Position numbers and translations under genes: made by a program. Below are positions 56,697 through 64,000 of a stretch of 64,000 nucleotides of DNA, one piece after another. Positions within the stretch are counted from its first letter, which is position 1; each line of letters begins with the position of its first letter. The notes under the pieces were generated by a model. The model ran no database searches, had not been told where the DNA came from, and worked only from the letters and a program-made list of their open reading frames with translations. Where the stretch lies: the IMG/VR virus record IMGVR_UViG_3300025372_000001; one strand, written 5' to 3'. Origin of the DNA: a virus (Duplodnaviria > Caudoviricetes).

Positions 56697-58034
56697 TTAT
56701 AAGATTTCATCCAAGGAGAATGCTGCATTTACTTGGGCAGTATCATTAGCAGGACTATTATCTTGATCTGGTTCAGATAGTTTTAAAGTGTCATAGTCAA
56801 TATTCCAGAAAGAGGAATGTCCTTTTGCTCCATCTCTGGCTTTTTCTCCAATATAACGAAGAATATTACATTCTCTGTCAATATCAGTTTGCCAAATGTT
56901 GACGTGCCAATCTTCATCGGAAATCATATCCCAAGAACCTGATACTGAATCCAGTTTTGGAGATTCTTGTCCGTGCGAACTTCTATTTAATTGAGCAACA
57001 CTAATTCCAGGGGCATTTAACATGTAAGTCAATCCACGGCATTCCTGTGTAATAAACTGCATTTCTGTATGTTTAGATGCTTGTCTTACGGAGGGAATCA
57101 ATAAACCATGATAATCAAATGCAACAAAACGTGGTTCAAATGACTTTCTTTTCTTTAATATTCCTGCATGAGCAAGCAAAGTTTTAGCAGATACACTCTT
57201 AGTCGGAAACTCTTTAATAATTAGTCTCGACATATGTTCTCTGATAAAAGTTTGAACATATTCTTTAAAATTATCAATATTATTAGGGAGATTGGCAAGA
57301 GCAATACCAGTTAGAATTGCGGCAATACGTTTTGCATATCGCATTTCAGACATTTCTAAAGTATAAAGTAATACGTTCTTATTTTGTAAAAGAACGTTTA
57401 CAATGATATTTGCTAAACATATGCTTTTACCTGTGTTAGTTGAGCCACCAATGACACCGAATTGTTTTCCTTCGTCGTGAAATCCTCCACCAATTGCTTG
57501 ATCAAAATTGGGGAAGCCAGAAGAAAATATTTTGTCGGTTTGACTGAAATAATCTGCAACTCTATCAACTTCTGCAAAGAATTCCAATCCTAAATTATCA
57601 ATCAATGATATTGCCTGAATCTTTTCTGACTCTTGTTGAAATGTATCTAAATTAAAAACCTTATCAGCTATCTTCTGATCAATTGTTGCATTTAAAAGAA
57701 TTTCTGTCTTCCTTTGTTTTAGAAAGTGTTCAGTGTTCTTGATTAATTCTGCTTCATTGTATTCATAATCCAATCCTTTAATAGTTTTAATGGATGCTTC
57801 TAAATGAGTTCGAGCTTGAGCAGAAAGAACTCTTGCTTTTAGTTCTGTTAAAGTTGGAACAGTGGAATTTTCTAAATAAAAAGATTTAATTAGATCAACG
57901 ATGATTCCAATATCTTTATCTTTGAAGAGGTCTTTTTCTAGATGTTCGATGCAAGAGGCAAGGAACGGACTTTCTTTTTTGAGAATATTTTGGAAGATAA
58001 TTTTTTCATAAAAGTCTAGATCGATTTTAATCAT
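56697..58034 (-). CDS. gp41: Replicative DNA helicase gp41 (DnaB-like)
   Basis: GGSTNTGKS, YTLEMSE, IKEFPT, FDY, AQLNR, SWDMISDED. Start at ATG 58034. Confidence 0.9.
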   Translation of the reverse strand: MIKIDLDFYEKIIFQNILKKESPFLASCIEHLEKDLFKDKDIGIIVDLIKSFYLENSTVPTLTELKARVLSAQARTHLEASIKTIKGLDYEYNEAELIKNTEHFLKQRKTEILLNATIDQKIADKVFNLDTFQQESEKIQAISLIDNLGLEFFAEVDRVADYFSQTDKIFSSGFPNFDQAIGGGFHDEGKQFGVIGGSTNTGKSICLANIIVNVLLQNKNVLLYTLEMSEMRYAKRIAAILTGIALANLPNNIDNFKEYVQTFIREHMSRLIIKEFPTKSVSAKTLLAHAGILKKRKSFEPRFVAFDYHGLLIPSVRQASKHTEMQFITQECRGLTYMLNAPGISVAQLNRSSHGQESPKLDSVSGSWDMISDEDWHVNIWQTDIDRECNILRYIGEKARDGAKGHSSFWNIDYDTLKLSEPDQDNSPANDTAQVNAAFSLDEIL

Positions 58035-58341
58035 TAGTTTGGTGGAAGGTGAAGTTTGTAATACGGTCTTTAAAGGATTTGTTGGAGAGATGTTTAAATT
58101 TGAACCATTCTTCAAAAATGCGATGGTCTAATTTCTCTTCCGATTCGTCCGCTGTTGCTTTGGTATTATACTCGCTTCTCTTGGCAAAAGCATCATAAAT
58201 CTGTCCTACGGTCAATCTTTCAAACCTTCCGGTTGTCTCGTTCTTTCTTTCCATTGCCATATCTTTTTCGGAAAAGGAAATGGTGTAAGAATTCGGTTTA
58301 TTGACGAATGTTCCTGAATAGTAAACGGTTGCATGTATCAT
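58027..58341 (-). CDS. Hypothetical protein (gp40 position)
   Basis: ATG 58341 overlaps the MTase stop (ATGA); its stop overlaps the gp41 start. Confidence 0.6.
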   Translation of the reverse strand: MIHATVYYSGTFVNKPNSYTISFSEKDMAMERKNETTGRFERLTVGQIYDAFAKRSEYNTKATADESEEKLDHRIFEEWFKFKHLSNKSFKDRITNFTFHQTND

Positions 58342-59000
58342 TTTAGTCTTTCTAAGCAAATATTATAATAGTTTTCTTCTTTTTCGATACCTATGAATTG
58401 ACGATTAAGATTTTTAGCGGCAACGCAAGTTGTTCCGCTGCCCATGAATAAATCTAATACCAAATCTCCTTCATTGGAACTATTTTCTATGAGCTTCTGG
58501 ATCAATGATAGTGGTTTTTCAGTTGGGTGAACCTTACCAGATGCTAAGGTTGGCGTTTCCACGTTGAAATAATCTCTGGATGTAGGATCGTTAATTCTTT
58601 TTGCGGCACCTTTTCTAAAAAAGAGAATCTTTTCAGTATATTTTAAATACCATCTATTCGGCATTTTAGTATTTTTAATCATACTAAGAATATTATGTAA
58701 TTCAAAACCGACACTATCGGCAGCATTTAAATAGGAGCGAATATCATTGTTATTACAGAACGTGTAGAAGTGTGTTCGATTTTTTAAAACTCTAAAACAT
58801 TCACCCATCCAAAGTTTAGGATCAATAATTGCAGATGGAAACAAGCTCCCTGAATTACTTGCTGGCATATAATTTGGACGACAAGATTTGCCATTTTTTG
58901 TCATTTTAAATGGTGGGTCAGTGAGAACTAAGTCAATAGATTCATCTGAAATATTATACATTTCTTCTAAACAATCGCCAAGAATTAATTTTTGTATCAT
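58338..59000 (-). CDS. Beta-class N6-adenine/N4-cytosine DNA methyltransferase
   Basis: GDC, TDPPF (motif IV), HPTEKP, DLFMGSGTT (motif I). Start at ATG 59000. Confidence 0.9.
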   Translation of the reverse strand: MIQKLILGDCLEEMYNISDESIDLVLTDPPFKMTKNGKSCRPNYMPASNSGSLFPSAIIDPKLWMGECFRVLKNRTHFYTFCNNNDIRSYLNAADSVGFELHNILSMIKNTKMPNRWYLKYTEKILFFRKGAAKRINDPTSRDYFNVETPTLASGKVHPTEKPLSLIQKLIENSSNEGDLVLDLFMGSGTTCVAAKNLNRQFIGIEKEENYYNICLERLK

Positions 59001-59006
59001 AATAAT

Positions 59007-59038
59007 AAAAGGCACCGGTATAGAGATATACCGGTGCC
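59007..59038 (-). terminator. Strong hairpin/terminator directly upstream of MTase
   Basis: 12-bp perfect stem GGCACCGGTATA-tctc-TATACCGGTGCC followed by TTTT on the minus strand. Confidence 0.75.
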
Positions 59039-59051
59039 GCCCAATCTTTCT

Positions 59052-59234
59052 TTACTCTGGTTTAATTAGACCTTTAAGCTTCTTTGCAATATATGCAAAA
59101 ATCTTACGTTCTCTAACTACTTGTTGATCTTGAGTTCCGATTTGGACAAGAGGAACGGTTTTAGTTCCTTTGCCTACTTGTTCCCATTCTTCGATCACGA
59201 TTTCCAATTCTTTATTATTATTATTATTATTCAT
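59052..59234 (-). CDS. Small hypothetical protein with poly-Asn N-terminus
   Basis: 60 aa ORF directly after uvsX. Confidence 0.55.
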   Translation of the reverse strand: MNNNNNNKELEIVIEEWEQVGKGTKTVPLVQIGTQDQQVVRERKIFAYIAKKLKGLIKPE

Positions 59235-59238
59235 ATTG

Positions 59239-60249
59239 TTACAGTTTATATAGATTTTCTACTTCGGTAGTGAACGCTTTATTGGCAAGAAGTTCATTCA
59301 TTAGTTCTTCTGAATCTTCAATATCAATTCGACGCATTGATTTATGTTCTTCCGGCCAATTCTTCATTTTATACCATCCTTGTTTAGGAGCAACAATGTA
59401 ACCCAATTCAAGGGCAATGTCAAACAGTCCTGAGAACTTTGCAATACCTTTCTCATACGAGACAGTAATCGGGAATTCAGATTTTTCTCGAATGTATCGA
59501 GAGAATTTAATTCTAATTACAAAATCAAAACCGGTAATTTCTCCTCCTTCTTTATTAGTTCTTTTGCCAATATTCCAAAGAGTATGTCCTGCATATTGTG
59601 CTCCTCTACCACCAGATGCAACCTCTTCTGGAAACATGTCCATTGTTTGATAGGTATGATTGATAACAATCATTGGAATCTGTTTAAGATTAATCTGGGG
59701 ATTAATAATCCGAAACATTGATTTAATCTGTTTTGCTCTAGTCATATCTGCCACTGCTTTATCACTAATAGCATCATCAATTTCCTTTTTAGAAGGAAGC
59801 ATACCTAATGAATCTACACAAATCATTACCTTATCATCAAACCCTACATCATTAAGAAGATTAGCAATATCGCTACGTAAACCTTCTACATTAGTGATGG
59901 GGCGACGATCAAATTTCTCTTGACTACAATCAACTCCTGCTGTAATGAAGTATTCATCAGGTGTTCCGAATTCACTATCATAGAAGATAATAAGATGATC
60001 AGTGCCTTCGTGCTTCTGTTGAAAGGCTTTCATTGCCTGAATCATCAAACTGCTTTTAAAGTGCTTTGGTGGGGCAGCAATCATAGTAATACCAGGAGGG
60101 ATACCGCCATCAAATGATCCAGTTGCAGCCAGATTTAGAATGGGAATATCTAGATGAATATATTGCTGTGTATCAAAATACTTAGAGTTTTTAAGTAGGT
60201 CTTTACTAATTGTTGTGTTCTTGCGGAGTTTGCTAAAAAGTGATTCCAT
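59239..60249 (-). CDS. uvsX: RecA-like recombinase UvsX
   Basis: AAPPKHFKS, YDSEFG, VDSLG, VADMTRAKQIKSMFR, VINHTY, SGG. Confidence 0.92.
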   Translation of the reverse strand: MESLFSKLRKNTTISKDLLKNSKYFDTQQYIHLDIPILNLAATGSFDGGIPPGITMIAAPPKHFKSSLMIQAMKAFQQKHEGTDHLIIFYDSEFGTPDEYFITAGVDCSQEKFDRRPITNVEGLRSDIANLLNDVGFDDKVMICVDSLGMLPSKKEIDDAISDKAVADMTRAKQIKSMFRIINPQINLKQIPMIVINHTYQTMDMFPEEVASGGRGAQYAGHTLWNIGKRTNKEGGEITGFDFVIRIKFSRYIREKSEFPITVSYEKGIAKFSGLFDIALELGYIVAPKQGWYKMKNWPEEHKSMRRIDIEDSEELMNELLANKAFTTEVENLYKL

Positions 60250-60286
60250 GGATTATAATATACCTTATTGAACTTTCTAAAACAAT

Positions 60287-60316
60287 AAAAAAAGGCGAGA
60301 ATTTCTCGCCTTTTTT
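60287..60316 (-). terminator. Rho-independent terminator
   Basis: GGCGAGA-aat-TCTCGCC flanked by A/T tracts, right after the stop at 60318. Confidence 0.8.
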
Positions 60317-60317
60317 C

Positions 60318-60701
60318 TTAGAATAGATTAATGATGTTATCTTCTGGTGGTTTAGTTCCAGGATTAACCACGGGAGGAGTCATACCCACAAAATTCTGAA
60401 TATAAATATTCTTCACTTGATCCACCAACTCTAACTTATTAGGATTAAGTAAATCTTCCTTCTTAAAAGAAGTCTCAAAATCAATACTTTGTTCCTTTAG
60501 AAATCCCATTACATGAAAAGGGGGATCAAGAGTAAGAAGTGTAAGAGGAAAGAAAGTAGGAACTACTCCATTACCTGCTTTATCTTTTTCAATACTACAA
60601 AGTAAGGCTCGTCGCAATACAATATGTGTATCTGTTTCATTAACTAAAATTCCAACAATAAATTGGCTGATGTCCCGGTAAATTCCTACGATTTGTTCCA
60701 T
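60318..60701 (-). CDS. Hypothetical protein (Sm-like beta pattern possible)
   Basis: ORF with TTGAAT-18-TAATAT promoter upstream. Confidence 0.65.
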   Translation of the reverse strand: MEQIVGIYRDISQFIVGILVNETDTHIVLRRALLCSIEKDKAGNGVVPTFFPLTLLTLDPPFHVMGFLKEQSIDFETSFKKEDLLNPNKLELVDQVKNIYIQNFVGMTPPVVNPGTKPPEDNIINLF

Positions 60702-60742
60702 GATTATATTAACAAATCAACAAGGTTTTATTCAAGTAAAAT

Positions 60743-61027
60743 CTAGTGCTTTTTTAGTTTTCCTTGGAATTTCTTTTCAAGAGCAGCATAACTGGAATAT
60801 GAATTCAAATTAAAACTTTCCAATAATCCTTTATATTCTAATTCTTTATCTTTGATAACTTTTAGTAATTGGAATTTCTCAAATTCGAGAAGAACTTGGA
60901 GTTCGGCTTTACTAATCCATTTATTTGCATGATAATCTTCCTGAATAACTTCGGGGTTTCTATCTTCAAAAAAGATATTATAATATCTTTTGATACTAGC
61001 CAAAGATTTCTTCCAAAGTTGCTTCAT
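60743..61027 (-). CDS. Hypothetical protein
   Basis: ORF overlapping the gp43 3' end. Confidence 0.55.
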   Translation of the reverse strand: MKQLWKKSLASIKRYYNIFFEDRNPEVIQEDYHANKWISKAELQVLLEFEKFQLLKVIKDKELEYKGLLESFNLNSYSSYAALEKKFQGKLKKH

Positions 61028-63584
61028 ATTGTAATTTAGGGTCGGGCATTTTCCATTTCAAGGCATCATACATAGGTTCCAAACTTTTAATAATATCATA
61101 AAAAAACATTTTTTCATAATCTGCTTCCAGTCCGAACTCTTTTGGTAATTGATCTTGATAGGCTATTCCAGGTAAATTGTATTTATTATCCTTAATATGT
61201 AACATCTTGATCTTTGAACCGTTTTCAATCTTCCTATAAACATTCTCTAAATTATTAGTCTTAATTAATTCATTGTGCCAAATACTTAACTTAGCTGCTC
61301 TTGTGGTTCCTTTGGCAGTATTCAATCCATTATTCTTGGTATCCCATTTACTAAGAACCTTGATTCCTCCTCGTTCTGCAATATCATTAACTGAAAAGGT
61401 TTTAAATTCTTCATAGGCATCAAAGATCATTTGATCTGCAATTTTTTGATCTTTTGTTCCCATGATAATTTCCACAATCTTCTTAGAAATATCTTTTGAA
61501 CGGGCAGATAAGGTTGATTTAGCGAGGCGAACACCTGAATACTTAAAAGTGTTCATTTTCTTACCTTCCTTGTTAAGGATGTACATTACATAGTGTTTCT
61601 TACCCATCCACATAGCTTTAGGGCAAACGCTTTCCCTTTTAAAGACAAATCGCGGATCAGCAGAATTCAATTTTTCGATGGCCCAAGTGTTGATTTCTTT
61701 ATTTAAATGGTCGGAAATCTTATTTTCTATTTCATTGAATCCATCAGTCAAATTCCTATTTTCATCAAAAATATCCACCCCTACTTTTTGCATAATATCC
61801 TTAAGAGAAACACCTAAGGAATCCGTGTCGGAGAATATGATTCTATCTTTCTTTTCCAATCCCCATTCAGAAACCAAATAATCGTTCACTATATTTGCAC
61901 TCTTCTTAATCATTGCTTGTCCAGAAGTAGTAATAGATGTTGCACAATCTAATTCATATAAAGCAAAATATCTATTAGCAAATGCCCCGTAAGTCGAATT
62001 TAGAAGAATCTTATAAAGATATTGTTCTACATCTTTTTGAGATGAAAGCGTTTTTAATTGATTATATTCCAATGAATCTTTATCTAAAAGTTCCATCTGT
62101 TTTTCAATTTGAAACATTTCATTTTTAACCTTCTTACGTTTTTGATAAAGAACATCACAGAAACTTGCTGCAATACCTTTAACATTTTGATCATACATGA
62201 CTCCATTAGCTGCAAGCGACCAATTCTTTTGTTTAAGAATATCATGTAATTTATCTTTAGCAATCTCAACGGTTTTATTCTTCCTAGTCAGCAGAATCGT
62301 ATGAATATCATTCTCAGTTTTAATGATCTTGGCAACCTTTGTTTCAGGAGAAATATTAAGCGTAATGATATTAGATGGATAAAGAGAATTAGCATCGAAA
62401 CTAACTACGTCTTCGTATAAACCTTCTTCGGGTTGTTTAACATAACCACCAGGAATCTTTTCTGCATCATCTGCTCCTTTTTGAGTAGAAATATATTTTC
62501 CATCTTCTAAAGATTGTTTTGCCAAAACTCCTGTAATAATTGCTGTTTTACCAAATGCTTTATCAAGGTTACAAAATCCACTGAATGCAGAAAACTTAGC
62601 AATCTCTAAGTATTTCTTTTTTGCATCCAACATAACTAATAACTTAACATCCCAAATATTATAATTGATAAATTTATCCCAATCTTCATTACAAAGTTCT
62701 TGGAGGGATTTATCACCATATTCTAATTTACCCTTTCCTAATTCAGAGAAGGTGACAAAATCAAGAGAATCACTTTCCCGTTCACCAGGAGTGAAATATT
62801 TATAAAGAACCATATAATCAATATGCGCAATTCCCCCTAGTTCATATTCGATATATTGTTGTCCAAAACGATTAGTTGTTTCCTTTCCGTAAATGCTATT
62901 AACAGGGGAAAGATTCTTACTATATCCTTCACCAAATAGGTGTTCTAATCTATTAACGATATAAGGCTGGTCAAAACTGAAGCTGTTATATCCACAAATA
63001 ATATCAGGAAAATTAGCTCTCCAAAATCTAACGAACTTCTTTAATAGAACGGTTTCATCTTGGCAATAATCATAAACAATTTCTTCTGGTTCTACATCAG
63101 TTAAATCGTCTTTACACGAATAATCATCGTATGGGTTAATTCCCCATGTGAAATATTTTTTCTTAAGCGTATCAAAAATTGTAATAGAAGTAATGGGATA
63201 TTTTGCTTCCATTGGATTAGGAAACTCATCTGCAATAACTTCAATATCGAAAAAGAATGTTCTTAAAGGATTTGCTGTTAGCTCATTAATATCTTTATTA
63301 TGATAAAGGTCTAAGAGATATTGTTGAGTAGGAGGGAGATTATAATAAATCTTGGTTTGACAAGTTTTAACAAATTTGGTTCTTTCGTAATTATTATTAA
63401 ATTCCCTTTTAAGAAGGGGAACACCATCGATACCAATACCGTCTTGTTTATCTTTGGAAGGGGAAGGAACAAGAAGATAAGGTTTATAGTTCTTGATTAT
63501 GCGTGAAGGAAGACCATCGGTAGTCCAAGTGAAATGGTGAATTTGGGATTTTTTATGATCATACCAACAATTTCTATAACTCAT
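60996..63584 (-). CDS. gp43: Family B DNA polymerase gp43
   Basis: ExoI FDIEV, ExoII GYNSFSFDQPY, SFDANSLYPS, KILLNSTYG, SDTDS. Confidence 0.95.
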   Translation of the reverse strand: MSYRNCWYDHKKSQIHHFTWTTDGLPSRIIKNYKPYLLVPSPSKDKQDGIGIDGVPLLKREFNNNYERTKFVKTCQTKIYYNLPPTQQYLLDLYHNKDINELTANPLRTFFFDIEVIADEFPNPMEAKYPITSITIFDTLKKKYFTWGINPYDDYSCKDDLTDVEPEEIVYDYCQDETVLLKKFVRFWRANFPDIICGYNSFSFDQPYIVNRLEHLFGEGYSKNLSPVNSIYGKETTNRFGQQYIEYELGGIAHIDYMVLYKYFTPGERESDSLDFVTFSELGKGKLEYGDKSLQELCNEDWDKFINYNIWDVKLLVMLDAKKKYLEIAKFSAFSGFCNLDKAFGKTAIITGVLAKQSLEDGKYISTQKGADDAEKIPGGYVKQPEEGLYEDVVSFDANSLYPSNIITLNISPETKVAKIIKTENDIHTILLTRKNKTVEIAKDKLHDILKQKNWSLAANGVMYDQNVKGIAASFCDVLYQKRKKVKNEMFQIEKQMELLDKDSLEYNQLKTLSSQKDVEQYLYKILLNSTYGAFANRYFALYELDCATSITTSGQAMIKKSANIVNDYLVSEWGLEKKDRIIFSDTDSLGVSLKDIMQKVGVDIFDENRNLTDGFNEIENKISDHLNKEINTWAIEKLNSADPRFVFKRESVCPKAMWMGKKHYVMYILNKEGKKMNTFKYSGVRLAKSTLSARSKDISKKIVEIIMGTKDQKIADQMIFDAYEEFKTFSVNDIAERGGIKVLSKWDTKNNGLNTAKGTTRAAKLSIWHNELIKTNNLENVYRKIENGSKIKMLHIKDNKYNLPGIAYQDQLPKEFGLEADYEKMFFYDIIKSLEPMYDALKWKMPDPKLQYEATLEEIFG

Positions 63585-63590
63585 TGATGA

Positions 63591-63619
63591 ACTATATCAC
63601 GGAATCAGTTTTCAAGCAA
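63591..63619 (-). promoter_or_regulatory. Sigma70-type promoter TTGCTT-17-TATAGT (extended -10)
   Basis: 6 nt before the gp43 ATG. Confidence 0.7.
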
Positions 63620-63940
63620 TTTATTTTCTCCACCTTCTTCGAGCCATCCATCTGTATCTTCCACCTTAAATTTAGGACGATCTGCTAACCATTCATCAGG
63701 AGCAGAACGAAAATTTGCTTCAAAGCCATGGAAAATAGAAGCAGCATAAATCATTCCATTAAGCATACCGTGCATATATGAATCGTAATTCCAATTACCA
63801 TTTGATCCTTGGACTGCAATCATACTTTGTAATCGTTCATAATCATATTGCCAATCAATAAGCTTTTTCTTCTTAAGCTCCTGAGCGATAATCTCTTCTT
63901 TTGATAAAGTTTCTCTTATTTCTGTTTGGGGTGTTTCCAT
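63605..63940 (-). CDS. Conserved phage hypothetical protein
   Basis: VQGSNGNWNYDSYMHGMLNG...AP.EWL pattern. Confidence 0.65.
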   Translation of the reverse strand: METPQTEIRETLSKEEIIAQELKKKKLIDWQYDYERLQSMIAVQGSNGNWNYDSYMHGMLNGMIYAASIFHGFEANFRSAPDEWLADRPKFKVEDTDGWLEEGGENKLLEN

Positions 63941-64000
63941 TTTATTGAAATTGTTCTTTATTCAATTCAGCAAACATCGGAAATGCTTTGCGTTTTTCAC

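Noticed and set aside
193-63506. Short alternative-frame or antisense ORFs in the track (e.g. 193-453, 4110-4406, 7741-8052, 9521-9823, 20689-20991, 42299-42517, 47577-47867, 59417-60117, 61678-61881)
   Set aside because: They are fully nested in well-supported genes, have no promoter boxes and show shadow-ORF composition.
29543-63584. Inteins or group I introns in terminase, primase, helicase, UvsX or polymerase
   Set aside because: Lengths are typical, motifs are contiguous and no C-terminal HN-[CST] splice junctions were seen.
1-64000. CRISPR array, tRNA or rRNA genes
   Set aside because: Intergenic gaps are all under about 80 nt and hold promoters or terminators; no repeat-spacer periodicity or cloverleaf pattern was seen.
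1-64000. Stop-codon recoding (TAG or TGA), as in some large phages
   Set aside because: Core genes are full length in the standard code, and TAG stops (46844, 51397) are followed directly by late promoter boxes and new starts.

Overview
This 64 kb window comes from an AT-rich, gene-dense T4-like (myovirus) large phage genome read in the standard genetic code. It carries head genes (gp13, gp14, gp21, gp22, gp23, gp16, gp17), tail and baseplate genes (gp15, gp18, gp3, gp54, gp48, gp53, gp27, a split gp5, fibres, a GH108 lysin) and replication genes (gp43, UvsX, gp41, gp32, gp45, gp62, gp61). It also has two early accessory blocks (about 13-18.5 kb and 21.3-23.9 kb), homing-type endonucleases, a DNA methyltransferase, a glycosyltransferase and GroES. 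I found no tRNA, rRNA, CRISPR array, reverse transcriptase, intein or intron. The most notable observations are: (1) about 11 unrelated late proteins share an N-terminal leader ending in [ILV]-x-E, resembling T4 capsid-targeting/gp21-cleaved leaders, and their cargo includes an ADP-ribosyltransferase-like and two GNAT-like domains; (2) degenerate copies of essential virion proteins, namely a Walker-A-dead terminase ATPase paralog and an early-region protein with a major-capsid C-terminal motif; (3) a single-TM protein with a PAS domain at the T4 holin position; (4) both early sigma70-type and late TAAATA promoters sit so close to start codons that most mRNAs should be leaderless. All protein assignments come from motif recognition by eye, not database searches.
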